Position numbers and translations under genes: made by a program. The notes under the pieces are model-generated. The model was given only the letters and a program-made list of their open reading frames with translations, was not told where the DNA came from and did not search any database. A stretch of 64,000 bases of DNA from Saccostrea cucullata (lineage: Eukaryota). This document shows positions 1-13,500 of this stretch, piece after piece (within the stretch, counting starts at the first letter, position 1; every line of letters starts with the position of its first letter). The stretch covers positions 124,001 through 188,000 of the forward strand of contig NW_026928590.1 in the NCBI RefSeq assembly GCF_032062105.1, in the 5' to 3' direction.

Positions 1-134
1 AGTTTTAAAGATTATTATTTTTATCAGTGTTGTTAATATCTCTAAATTTTATGATGAAATTAAAAAGTACATTTAATCTTCATTACTTCTATTTATCCGG
101 GTACATAACGGAAAAATACCCTTTTTATTAACAG

Positions 135-465
135 TTGCGAAGATTTCAACAAGATCAGCAACAACTACGATTATCAAAGATACCAATAACAAAAACAACA
201 ACATCAACAAAAAAGCCTTTTCCGCATAAATCCATTACTAGAATCAAAACAACAATTCCAAAAATACTTATATTGAAAACACCTTCCACAACAGAAGTAA
301 TGACCAGAAAACCAACTTTTCCAGATTCTACATCTTCTCGACCAACAAAGTCAAAAGAGATTGCGAATTATACATTAGCAACATGGTACATCTCACTGTC
401 AACACTGTTCCCAACGGCAGAGGTTGTCGGAACCTCGAAAACGAAACGTGTTGTTATAACTACTG
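135..465 (+). pseudogene. Cassette A mucin-like stalk exon (upstream exons outside the window), frameshifted
   Basis: acag acceptor and the ...ITTG|gtaag end shared with paralogs. In the phase-1 frame used by paralogs (VAKISTRS...) an indel near 165 leads to TAA at 227-229. Confidence 0.65.
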
Positions 466-1399
466 GTAAGAAGGAGAAGGAAGAATTAAAAGAATAATAT
501 AATATCACAGGGCATAAATCAAATTAATCAAATATATATTACGTCATTTTAATTAATGTCCTTGAGTCAGGGAAAAACATTTAGATCGGAGGTACCGGTA
601 TGTTGATTTCTCCCCCCCCCCCCAAAAAAAAGTAACATACATATCGATGGTATGAGACATTCTATGTACACATTTTTTGATTTACCTACATTCTAACAAG
701 TTTGTAAGTCAAAGAGAAAGAAGAATTTTAAATTTATCGATAAGCATTTGTTTAACAAAAAAATAATACAATTATAACCATGATATATTTATTTAATTTT
801 ATTGAATTAACTTTAATATGTTAATAATATGACATCTTTGAATGAGAAATAAACAATTTTTTTCCATTATCTAAATAATGAATTCTAAATTGTAATTTTA
901 GGAACTAAAATATGTACTGCATATCTTTACAATATTCATAACAGATCAAATTCGAAAGCACTTCAATACATGAATGCAAAGGTTTAAGTGAAACATAAAT
1001 AACGAACGGTGATCATTCTCAAAAGCAAATAATTCAAAGAATACAAATCAAGAGTATGGCAAACAGGAGCCTCTCAAAAGAGTGAAAATTGATCTCCTAA
1101 ACCCAGAAATCAAAATAAATCGTATAAATTTGAAGAAAAGAACCATGGAGCACCAGAGGAGGGATTGGGTGCCTAGGACTAGTCATACCTGCTTTGAACT
1201 TACAATGTTAGAACGCTAAATGTAATATTTCTAAAAAGTGTGCTGTAACATTTTGCTCTATTACATTCTGTGTTGATTGGAACGCAAAATGTAATAACGC
1301 GAAATGCAATAATCCAGGATTATTAAACTTTGTGTTGTTATTACATTTCGTAAAGCATGACACAAAGCCTACATAGGATCTAAATAAAACATACTGAGA

Positions 1400-1700
1400 T
1401 AATGAACAGCATTCAAGGTCAAAAGTAAATAAAACAATACAAAATAGGAGCAGAGCAAACATGGATGTCCAAAACTTCAGAGGTGGAATCAGATGCCATG
1501 AAGGAGTGAGCATTCCCTGCCGACCGATTACACCCGCCATGTGCTCCTTGTCATGATCGGGAAATAATGGAAAATCCGTCGTAAATTCAATGTGTAAATA
1601 ATGAGCTTACAAATAGTATGAAAAACGTCACTTGGCATTTGACTTAATGATAAATTGTGTTTTCTGAAAAGGTCATTGTATCGACCATAGAACTTTTGAA
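1400..1700 (-). repeat. High-copy Penelope-associated interspersed repeat (core GGTGTGACCGGTCAGCAGGGGATGCTCACTCCTCC...GGCACCTGATCCCACC)
   Basis: Related cores at ~8700, 13890, 17602, 19600, 21485, 25752, 31061, 33125, 49095, 51927 and 63415. Confidence 0.7.
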
Positions 1701-2759
1701 TATTTAAAAATTGGCATCATTTATGAAAATACTTATCTATTCGAAAAAGTTCACCTGTACCTACGTCGTAATTCGAGAAGGAAGCATTTTATTATCTAGT
1801 TATCCGCATGTATCTGTGTAAAAATATAGTCAGTCTATTTCAATAAAATGCGATTTTATAATAGACCTATTTGCTTAAAAAAGTCGTATGTTGTTTCCAT
1901 AGAATACAACAAAAATAGAGACTTCCTCATGTTTCCTTGTCGAATCTTGTATTGTATATCGACAACAGCTTTCATAATATTAAATAAATATATTTGATTG
2001 ATTTCAATGTTTTCTTACCTTTGTTGTAGTATTACATACAGTCTCATTACGACTTCCGTTTTATCAGAATTTTTAATTTATTATCCAGACACAATTAATA
2101 CACATGAACTATTGCAAAGGTTTCACTTTGGTTTTAATATATTACTAAGGTCTTAGACAGCCATACAGCTGTAAAAGTTATATGACTTCAAATCTATACT
2201 TGTCAAAATTTGTAAGTCCCCACTTTTATTATTTTAAGTATTTAAAAACCTTAACATTAATTAACTAGTTGTTCACAATTTTGACTTAATTTTTAGATGA
2301 TTGCCTGTTACGGCCGAAGAAAATTGAAATTGAATAAGTAATTACTCATCCATGACCCTTTTTGTTAAAAAGCATGAAATGCGAGTTTCATATGTTTTCG
2401 GGTGTATCTTCCATTCATTTAAATTGCCATGTGTTCTCCATCTTTAGTTGTTTCGGAAAAACAGAAGAAAGCTTGTTTAAAATGCCGTGTATGTACGGAC
2501 AACAATATGCAAGTGAAGTACCATGGTCCAAGCTGGTGGTAGTAAAGGAAAGTTGTATTTCCTTCCTTTGTTTTTGTCTATTTTATGTAAAACTGTAAAA
2601 AATACCGTCAAGAAGATGCACAAAGCTTACTTGTATTCCTTATAATCATTAAAAATTGCTATATTTTCATGAAATACCACTTAACCACCCTAGAGTTTAA
2701 CCGGAAATTCACTCAAACCGGAACCGGAAGTTCCCATGGTCAAGGCGTATACACGTACT

Positions 2760-4440
2760 GCAACGACACACCAACAGGGCTAGTGCATAGGAATTACTAA
2801 CTATTGTGGAAGGAACCTACCTGCACGTGCAATTGCTCTGCACTCATTAAAAATTAATTCTCGTCTCCTTAATTATCCGAATTATTAGAAACAAACTGGA
2901 AGAGTGGGGAATATCTTTAAGAAGACCTTATGTACTGTAGGATTAATATTGGGTACAAACAATTTCGGTAAGCTTCAATGTCATCCACATCTCAACCCTA
3001 TAGAACATGAACGGGACAAGATGGATCAGAAATTGAGCGCTTTTCCAGCAGCATAATCTGGGGGAAATTTAGAGAACGACCTAGTCCATACATGGAATAA
3101 CCTTCAGTAAAGATTTTTCTTTAATTGTGTGAACTCTTTGAGAAGGAATTGTCTTGATCTTTTCGTTTGAAAGGATGATAAAAACAGTATTGAACGTTGC
3201 GAATTTTTAATTCTACGGTGCCTTCACTCTTTAGCATTTTTTGTTTAAGTCCTTCAATATAATTAGATGAAATGAAAAAAAAATATTTTGCTTCTCTTTA
3301 TCCTGTATAGTTTTCAATTTATATTGTCTGAATTATTTAATATAAAAGCAGTGTAAAACAAAAACTTACGTTGGGACTTAGAAATTTTGATTAGTATACT
3401 TACAGAAGCCATGCAGTTAGTGAAGTAAAGAAATATACGTTCAGATCGGGTTGCTGGTCTCTTTTTAAATTTCCCCATTTCTCATCCTTAGATCATAGGT
3501 CAGGAACCAAAAAAAAGATGTTGCTTTTCGTCTTACTCATTATTTGATAAATCTTTAAAAATATTAGTAAGGTTAGGCCCAGGACCTTTTATGGTTCTTT
3601 TAGACATAAAGAATGTTTTCCAATTGCTACCAGTTCGCTCCGCTGATTTTGAGTTGCTGATGTACAAAATTAACAGCAATGTTTATAATGACATGTGTCT
3701 GCCATTTGGCTTTTCTGACATGGATGTGCTAATTTTTAAAAAAGTTTCCTTCCTTTTTGAAATGGTGGTTAAAACAAAAAAGGCAACGTGATCATGTATT
3801 CCACTATTTACAACATTATAAAGGAAAGCAGATTCGGTCAGCGACTTTCAACTATAGTAGCATACAGATAGCTTTGGTTCGGATAAATTAGAGTGTGGGT
3901 TTTTTTAGAACTCATTTGGATTATTTGACATGACCAATTTCATGGCGAGGGATTAGCATATATAGGGACATTACGTTTTTTGAATTTGGTACTCATAGCG
4001 ATGGCTTTTACTACATTGTATTTGAAGAGATGACTTGGAGGAAAGCGAGTTATTTTACATACTGACAATAGTATTCTTGTCACCATTTTTAACCTTAACA
4101 CATCGAAATCATCGAACTCTATGCATCTTCTAAGGGATTTGGTCTGGAAAGTCCTCATGCATGATATTTAATTTAGCATATTAGCATATTAGGGGAGGGA
4201 AACTCTTAAGGCTGCTTCTCTTTCTCGTCTTCAGTGGTACAGATTCAGACAGGTCTCACAACAAGCCGACCACTAACATACGATAGTCCAAGAATCATTT
4301 CTCTGACTCATCTATAAAATAGACACAAGAACTGTTAAACCTTTTCCTATCTTGAAATACAAAAAAACTATATCAAACAGCAATGCGGCAGTTCGACTAT
4401 AACTGCCAAGTGTACAAGTATAATCAATGTTGACCACCAA
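2760..4440 (+). mobile_element. Degenerate DIRS/Ngaro-type retrotransposon (RT/RNase H relic)
   Basis: LDIKNVFQLLPVRSADFELL..KINSNVYNDMCLPFG matches the DIRS-type RT motif (DIKSAFRLLP...FELLG...YFDKCLPFG); AASLSRLQWYRFRQVSQQAD matches the RNase H end. Boundaries approximate. Confidence 0.7.
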
Positions 4441-4715
4441 ATAAATCTATGTACATCCGCTCTTTAAAAAAAAAATCTATAACGACTCTTACATAGATTT
4501 ATTCCATCATTTCACAGCTATTGCAATACAATAATGAAATTGGACTTTTTCATCAGCATCAGAATCGCATCTTTTTCTAATAAATTACAGAAATAACATA
4601 AAGCAACTTCAATAATATGAATTGTATTAAAAAAAAAAGAAGAAATAGGGTTACTCTAGGCATTTTAATGGCATTATACAAATATGGTTAATAGTTAAGG
4701 ATCTTAATTTTCAAC

Positions 4716-4807
4716 CCATTTTTTATCTGAAATAACCGTTGAAGTTACAACATTCAGTGTTGTGCTTGATGAATTTGGTATTTCTTAATCTTCCATATGT
4801 TGTAAGT
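4716..4807 (-). pseudogene. Inverted, degenerate spacer exon of cassette A
   Basis: The reverse complement reads ...EIPNSSSTTLNVVTST..., homologous to 14749, 26910 and 28001; the acceptor AG is mutated to TG and there is an in-frame TAA. Confidence 0.7.
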
Positions 4808-6446
4808 CAGAAACTTAGTCAAGAAATGCTTTTGCCTTTGTATATAACAAACTTCACGTTTCAAAACTCCCGTTATGAAGAAATATCGGGTACTCTGCTT
4901 ATCCAAAAATAAAATCATGTTTTTTAATAAAAAAAATTGTTAAAATAACTTAGTGTTTACTAATACCTAGAATTCCCTGTTAATCTATCGCTCTAAAGAA
5001 TTTTGGAAAAGGAAAGATTAGTCTGGTTTGTCATGGTTCCATAAAATTATTCAGTAATATGAAGTAGACGCTTATCCACTTGTATTTGAGAAAGCGATGG
5101 CATTGAAGAACTACGACCTCAGGATAACTTTAACTTATGCCAGAGTTCCCCATGAGACGCATTGTTAGAGCATCTGCTATAGACAATCTAGAATCGCAGA
5201 GCCATATTTCGCGGGTTCGAAACCAACTTTGGGACGTGGAGGTCGTATAAACCGAGATCCCGAGAAGCATTAGATGCTGACACGAAAAAGATTTCTTACT
5301 GTGCAATATAGCCCTTAGTGATACACATGTATTTATATGAATCCAAAATGATTCGATAAGCAAGAGCATGCCCTGAAAACAATATCTGTAAATCGAGGCT
5401 AACAAACAATTGATATTACATGACTTTCATCAACCTTGTTTAAGGCAGTACAAAACACCAATAAAATCCATTAAATTTCTAAACGGGATCTTTTTAGTGT
5501 TTTGTACTACCTGGTTTTACCTGGTTCTTAAACACACAGTAGGAAAAAAAATATTTCATTATAGTGACGACAACCAATGGTCTTCATAAGAAAAAAATAA
5601 GCTTTGACATGTTTCCGCCATAATTTAGAAAGAAAGACACTTTCCTATTTTTCTTAAAAATAAAGATTATCCGTGACCTAAATTTTGTATCATGAGTTGC
5701 CATCTACGAGGTTTATGACTCTCGGTTACTACAGTAAAGATATGGTCTTTGGAAACATTGATAAGGAGTCCCCGTTCTTTTTGTACAGGTTTATGTTAAT
5801 GTTAAAAGGTTAAAGGTCAATGTAGTTATTTCATCTGCTGGATCTTCTTGCTAGAATATCTGAAACCGCTGCTCAATTTTTCTTATTTTGAGATATTTTA
5901 ATTTTGACTCATTTCATTTAATCTACTGATTTTTTTTTATTTTTGTAATTTTTTTTAAGGAAGGCCCACACTTTTAGGGATCCGGTTCTAATTTTACACA
6001 TCAATATAAAATTCTGATTTTCACTTCTCTATTGATATAAATCTTTTTGGGTGATTGAAAGTGATTTAGCAAGTATCTATTTATTATTTATAGTATTAAT
6101 GTGCATATGAAGCATTTAATATACATTATTTATGGAAATTAACACTTTGCACTGTCCATTAGATATATATGTCATTGAGTACATACACAGACACAAAATT
6201 CTTAATTGCTTTTATGGACCTAAATCTTTTTAATTTTCTTTTAAGCAAACTAACCTGAGATATATTTTTATTGATTTGGAGCCTACATCATCCATTTAAT
6301 TTTTACTTTTTAAAAATTTTGCATTGAATAATTGAAAAAAATTGATGTTCCAAAAATGGGTGTATACGTCTTCAAAAGACTGTTTTTTTTTTTTTATTCT
6401 CTGGTCAACCATAATAAAGTAGCTGTTTTTGTTAACATTAGATATA

Positions 6447-7866
6447 CGAGGGTCATTCAAAAAATACGTAGACAATACTTCTCATCGTCAAATGAATATT
6501 ACAAGATTGTAGATCAACACATTTTCGTAAACATAAACATTTATTTTGTCGAAGTGTGAAGTTTTATTCTATTTGATTAGATAGAACTCATGTTAGCCAA
6601 AATTTAAAGCAACATGTTTTGTTACCACGGAGCACGGTTTACCAATATTGTAACGTCAAAATCAACGCTGAGAAAGTTTGTCAAAAGTATACTCTTTTTT
6701 TATATTTCAAACACGGTTTGTAGCGTCTTCTCCATTCAAAAAACATATCCACAACACTTAACACCTAGTATGCTAACAATTGTACAAATATACTAGTAGC
6801 TTGAATTAGAATATTATTGTTTTCAAATTCTTTAATTTACCATGCAACTCTATTATTTCTGCAACATTGAAGCACACAATTACGTTCAATGACGTTCTTT
6901 CTCTTTTGACAATTTGTTTAACTTTAACCCGTTTCTTTGCAGTCGATCCATTGTCCGATTCAAACTCGCTACCACTCAAAAATTGTATTTCTAATTTAAT
7001 ACAAATACACAGATTATTTTCATACAGATCCTGGTTTAAAAGGATTTTTTAAGCTTGTAGAAGAAGTTTCCTGAATGTAAAGTCTAATTTTATTGCTACT
7101 TGCTGCTCCGTGACGTCCTCCAACGTCATGGTTTTTTGCCTTTTTCAATCAAGTCTATATGTATTTAGAAGCTGATATCTTTTAAATGGAGCGAGATATT
7201 ACATAACCTGATTTCATATAAATTATTACAGCAATGGTTTATTTAAACATGTAAATTTTATTTCGTTTCCCCCAATTATCAAAAGTATAGCCGTAAATAC
7301 TAAAAAGTGAAAATTAGAAAATTACTCAATTTTGACGGTGCTCCGTGACCCCATTTTTGCTGTTCTAAATCCTTCGTAATTTTAATAAATATGAAGACAA
7401 ATTCTAATTTTTTTACTCAGATTATTTGAATATGTTGTTAAAACATTTGTATCAAATTTGGATATAATATGACGTTAAGGACATACGCAACGTACCTAAC
7501 CTACTGATAATTTTCCAAGATATTATAAATTTAAACTTATAATACCATTACATGTTCTTAGACAAAAAATCAGCATGTGTTACCAGGGGTTTTGAAAAGA
7601 TATCAAATTTTGAAAATTTTTGCATTATTCAAATAAAAATATACAAAAATTATAAAACATCAAATCCAGATTTTTTTTCATTAAAAATTGTTTTAGAAGA
7701 GGTGTACAAATCGATATATAGACATTAAAAGTATTGCACATAGGTCCTTTATTTAGTGGAACTCTTCAACTCCAGGGAAGAACCCAAAAAAGTTTGAATT
7801 ACGTTGCGTATGACCTTAAATAAAAAAGTTATGACAAAAGTCTACGAACTTTTTGAATGACCCTCG
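6447..7866. mobile_element. Non-autonomous mariner-type element, TA TSD
   Basis: TIRs TA|CGAGGGTCATTCAAAAA.T.CGTAGAC ... GTCTACGAACTTTTTGAATGACCCTCG|TA. Confidence 0.8.
7479..7815. mobile_element. Kolobok-like MITE (TTAA TSD) nested in the mariner element
   Basis: TTAA|GGACATACGCAACGTA ... TACGTTGCGTATGACC|TTAA. Confidence 0.75.
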
Positions 7867-8469
7867 TAATTCTTGATAGTTGTAAAGAAAAAATGGCATC
7901 TAAACATTTTCGATTTTGAGAATTATAAAAAATAAAGATATTTTTAGATGTTTTTTCTGAAAGACATGGACAAATTCAACACCAATTTGTTAATGTTTTG
8001 CAGTAAAGATTTCAAATATTCTCTTGGCAAATGAATATTTTTTATCTTCATAAGTTTTAACATAAATTTGATGTGATTTGGTGCATAACTAAGAGAAATA
8101 TGATATTACACTTCTTTATGTTCAATTTTGGCTGTTGAGTTTTTAGAGGTATGTGCGCTGAGACATGTTGTATGAAAATTAACCTGCAAAGATATGTCTT
8201 TTATGGGTGTTTTAGTAAGTTTAAGACTTGTTCAAGGTATTCAAGTTGAAAAATTATCAGTTTGACAGAAAATTCTGAAAGTATTTTTGTTGTACAGTGT
8301 GCTTTTGTTTTGTTTTGTTTTTTCTGATAGACAAATGCAATGAATCTAAAATATATATATATATTTAAAAAAAGAAAACAACGACAACACAAGTTGTAAA
8401 ACGTTAGCGCTTTCATTCAATTTCTTCAGACGTTTTTGAATGAAATTTTTGAGTTTTACACGATTATCT

Positions 8470-8535
8470 TTGTACAGTTGATGATGACTGCAATCAAACA
8501 TCAGAAACGGCACCTGTCATTACGTATAACTACAG
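8470..8535 (+). pseudogene. 3' remnant of the same degenerate mucin exon downstream of A
   Basis: acatcagaaacggcacctgt...ataactacag|gtaag matches 17420-17458. Confidence 0.55.
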
Positions 8536-10014
8536 GTAAGAGAGAAAGAGAAATAAGAGGGCATAAGCAAAAGAAACTAATTTCAGGATCTTAATTATCA
8601 AATCCTTAAATAATATGTACAGTCTGTCTTGTTGGTAATGAATTTTTTTCTAAACGGAATGTTCCGTTCCATCTTCTTCAACAATACATATAGTGTTAAC
8701 AGCGGGTGTGTCCGATCAGTAGAGGGCGCTAACTCCTAGACACCTAATCCCACCTCTGAAATTTCTGAGATGTATGTCCTCTTCACAGATTTGTATTGTT
8801 TTAGTTACTTATCACTTCATCATATTTATAGTTGAGAATAATTTACGGAATGTTTTCAAGTTTTATGTGAATAGTATTAGTATGTAAATCACACAGACTT
8901 ATCACGTAGAGATATTTCCTGAAGAATTGAAAAGCCTACAAAATTTAAAGTGACTAAAACTGTAAATACATACATTACTGTAAAAAACAGAAATGTAGGA
9001 AAACGTTTTCACACAATTGAGTAGCTTAAATATATTTACTAACAGAGAAAGCAAAGTGAGAGACCGTCATAACCACATATTTCAAAATTTGCACTTAATA
9101 GAACACTTAAGTAAAGAAAGTTCGCTACATTTTATTTTCACATTACTTTTTAATTTAGGCAGATCAAATATCAAGGAAGTTTATAAATGGATTTACTTTC
9201 CTTCCTTCAGTGTTTTTGAGATTCATTCCCATGCCTTGATTTTAAAATCAAAAGTTACAAGAAACGTGGGAATTAATTAGAAATTCCTGCTTATCTATAA
9301 GTTCTGTATGGAACATTTAAAGAATAAGAAAATTTATACAATCACGTGTTAAGTATACATCTCTTGTTTCTAAATGTTGAGCAGAAGCAAACGTTTTGTG
9401 TTTAGATGTAGTACAAACAATATATCTATTTACAGCAAACTTCTTGATTTGATAGTTTTAAAGCTAGAAGAAAAACTCATTTCTTGATAACACAGAGTAA
9501 AATTGGCTGCAAATGCTCTCTCTTAGTCTTTTTTGTATCTTAGTTTTCTTGGCCTTCTGTTTTAAAACTGAAAAACAACGTCCTGTAATATAAAAGGTAA
9601 AATAAGGATCAGTGATCAATCTCAGCAAATCTGTGAGCAATACAAATATGTGTGAACAGGTCATTGACCATGGATTTATGGAAAATCCAGAGGTATAATC
9701 AGGTGCACAGGAAGAGTAATTATCCCTTGTAGTGAACAATATGTCTTGATAATGCAGATGAAGTATTCCGGTGTCAAATAACTGAAACTTGATGGACATT
9801 TCAAGGTAGCTAATGTGGTCCTATTAGGTTTGGAAATCCTAACATTCGTTTATTAAATATTATTTAATAGAACATAACCACTTTTATTCAAAACATGGTG
9901 AATGGGCTATACTGATAAATTAATAAATTTCAGACTCTTTCTTAGATTTATATATGACCGCATGTTGTATAGTAATGGCTTTCTGATTTAGTAATATGTA
10001 TATCAATACAGTCA

Positions 10015-10310
10015 AGTCGCCCGCGTGACGTAGTGGTAAGAACGTCTGCTCTAGAGTCGTGAAGTATGTTGATCCTTTCGTTGCAGATTCGAATCTCACA
10101 ATGGGACATGGAGACTGGTCCTTCGGATGAGACCGTATAGACCGAGGCCCCGTGTCGCAGTCGGTGCTGGCACGAAAAAGATCTGTCCATGCTCAATGGC
10201 TCTAAGAGTCGAGTTTAGGACGAAAAATTTCTCCAGCACCAAGTGGTGGCATCCCCATATGAGTGAAACATTCTCAAGAGGGACGCTTTAACAATATACA
10301 ATCAATCAAT
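10015..10310 (+). mobile_element. tRNA-derived SINE
   Basis: A-box-like TGACGTAGTGG, B-box-like GATTCGAATCT, a core GGCACGAAAAAGA shared with the 43815 and 58080 copies, and a (CAAT)n tail. Confidence 0.7.
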
Positions 10311-10452
10311 ACTGTCAACTAAATATATACTAACCCATTCACATGGGAAACACTATCAACGCTCTTTACCTCAGAAATCAAAATCAGTGTGACCTTTGAT
10401 ATAATGCCTGTACCTTCAACCTATCACATTATTCATTTCCCCATTTAAAAAT

Positions 10453-10460
10453 TATAAATA
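10453..10460 (+). promoter_or_regulatory. TATA box of cassette B
   Basis: TATAAATA about 108 nt upstream of the ATG, positionally conserved in C, D and E. Confidence 0.5.
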
Positions 10461-10560
10461 GATTCTGAACATACATTTGACTATATTTGTTGCTTGTACA
10501 TGTACATTGTAACGAGGCTAGATTTTTATATATAATTTAGAATCCTATCAGAAGAAAAAC

Positions 10561-13500
10561 ATGTTTACTGTCAAGTTATTTTATGTGTCAGTATTTGCTA
10601 CATATCGTTTCAGTAAGTATTAAAAGACTTTTGTATGTTTCTTGCGATTTTTCAAATTTCTTTTTGTATACGTAAATATACTGACACGCAAAAGAAACGC
10701 AACGCCCTACTTTAGGGTGAAATAATTATGTAAAGTAAAAAATTTTAAATCTTAAAATTATGGATATCTTCAAATTGTTAAATAACGGTAATTTAACGGT
10801 TGAACGATTTTCATACCTTAACCGGAAGTCAAGTATGAGTCTGCTTAACTGAAATCAAAAATTGCATGTTTAACAAAACATTTGGCAATATTATGGAGTT
10901 TTAAGGGTTTGTGCTGTTCATCTTAAGTAATGCAGCAATATTTCAAAAAATAAAATCTCCTTTCGTTTCTCGTAACGATGTTAAGGCTTCTTGAAAATGG
11001 CTTAAGTGCACATTTCCATTGCTCTAGCTGGAAAATCTCAAAGTAAAAGTGATGGAGAGTTGATGATGCAAAAATACACTACATTACGCCTCAATGGGGT
11101 CTTACATATTATATTCATAAATGATAGCTCTTGGACAGGATGTCCAAGGGTTGCTACAATGCGCTAAGTTAGAGAAAATTCAACCTATTCATCTGAAAAA
11201 CAGACAATTAAAAATGGAAAATAATAATTCCTTCGCTCAGATCTCGATATTGATAAACCAATTGTATCGTAGAAATTAAGCTTCTTATGTTGTGTAGGAC
11301 AGTCTTGCACGTTGTAATTGAATGGCTGGGAGGGGGTGTTTTAAAAGTCATATGTTACTTAGTAAAGTTAAAAGATAAACATTTAACATTTGTATAAAAT
11401 CTCTGATGTTCTAAAAAGTGAGTGTAGCCTTACTGTATTCTTTTTTTTTTAAATCATATATATACATGTATATAGCAAATTTCAATTAGATATATGTTCA
11501 AAATTTTAAATTTTATGTTATGTGTGATATCGCTTGAAGACTCAGTACATATCTGAGTTTGAGTTAAAACGCTTTATCCACGATTTTAGCGGCCAATCTC
11601 CGTATCCTCGATTCAACAAAATATTAATGCTCCAATCTTAACTAAACATTGGAATTATAGATTGAAGAATAAAAAATATATAATTTTGTATAAAAATTGG
11701 TATTTTCTTCGTAAACATTAATTTATACTTTGATCAATATATTTTTTTAGATACTTCTTTCGGAGTTCGCACTATATCAAAGAAAGTAAATCTGCCTTTA
11801 TCTGAGGAGATTACTATTACATCACCAGGATATCCATGGAAAAACTATGAAAGCAACACAACTTATATGTGGATAGTGACAGCACCTGACGTAACAGAGG
11901 AGATAAATATCAGTATAGAATTGGATATTCACCAAACTTCAGGATATGCATGTTATGACTACTTGAAGGTTTTTACAATAAACAATATATGTTAGGTCTA
12001 AATTATAACCTTTGAAATGAAAATCGATCCGACGTACTAGGTAATAATAACCGACAGGGTTTTTTGGATTGGTTTATGTTGGTTCTTTCATAATAAAAAT
12101 ACCTTAGTATTTTTATTTAGAGAAAATATACGTATATAAGTATTTATCTTACAATGTCTCATATTAAAGCTATAAAAATAATATAAATTAATATCTCTAA
12201 AGCGAAAAAAAATGTAAATTGTGTCCCAGTTGTAATGTAAAGTTGAAAAACGATTTTTACTAGATAGAGGAAATCACAAACAATAACTTCATGCTCTTTA
12301 AACAATGTGGGAGACGAACAACAAATAGAATAGCAAGAGGAAACAAACTAATGATCACTCTGTACTCGAATTTCGACATATTTACGGGTAAAGGTTTTCG
12401 GCTACGTCTTAAAGGTAAGTATCTTAATCATTCTTGTCAATTTCTCTGTATTTAATAAGCTTTTTTCCTATCTTATATTTTAATGAAAATACTTGGAAAA
12501 TCATTTTTAGGCACCATAATAACATAACCTAAATGTTATAATGCACGCACATTCTACAGATAATCTCATGTCAAGAATAAATGAAAAATTTGAACCAATT
12601 GTTTTCTATTTAAATATGATTTGAAAACATACTTACTAGTTGGATGTCATTTATTTTTTGTATATGTGTGACATAATATCTCCAGTTCTTTTGGCCCCCT
12701 ATCTGTAGATTTGTGTAAAAATTTATTTTAATATGTATCATTATTCATAATTATAATTTTGATTTGTTAAGCGGTCTCTGATTTGTAATTTTTTGTCAGT
12801 GATAAGAAATTAAGAAATTTAACTACTTAGTTCCCTTTAGCGTTATTTTTCTTTTCAAGTTTTGTTCATATTCTTTATTTAATAGCAGTCTCGAAGATTT
12901 CAAAAAGACCGACAACTTTAGCAACAACATTACGATTGTCAAAGATAATAACGACAGCTGCAGTGATAAAAACGTCATGGACAACATCATCTAAAACATT
13001 ATTTCCTCAAAACTCCAAAACCTGGAAAAAAACAATTCCAAAAAATTTTTCAACAAAATCCCCTTCAACAAAAGAAATTACAACAAGAAAACAAACAAAA
13101 ACAACTTTTGCAGAATCGACAGCTGCTCAACTAACAACATTAACAGAGATTACGACTGAAGTTTTGAGTTCTTCACTAGTAATATGGGACAGTTCAATGC
13201 TACCACTGCCTTCTACAATAGAGAATGTAGGAACCTCAAAAACGACAATTGATGATATAACAGGTAAGAAAGAGACGAAGAGGACATCAGTATAATAATA
13301 TTAACAACTAATTTTACAATCCTTATTTGATCAGATTAATAAAATATATACTAGGGCTCCTTTAAATTAATGCTTGTTTTCTGACTTTAAAAAATTGCAT
13401 CGGAGCTACAGGTAAGTGGGTTACTTTTCCTAAAAACATACATACCAAAGAAATGAGATATTTTTGGTGCAATTTTTTTAATAAAGCGACATTCGAAGAA

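Noticed and set aside
1208-1540. ORF MAGVIGRQGMLTPSWHLIPPL... and similar ORFs at 30819 and 32976
   Set aside because: They translate a high-copy interspersed repeat, and frames differ among copies.
10015-10100. tRNA gene
   Set aside because: A/B boxes are present, but I could not fold a cloverleaf and the sequence continues into a SINE body and tail.
13264-13295. Short read-through stops after each mucin-exon donor as programmed secreted isoforms
   Set aside because: Early stops are expected in AT-rich introns and the read-through peptides are not conserved; this needs transcript data.
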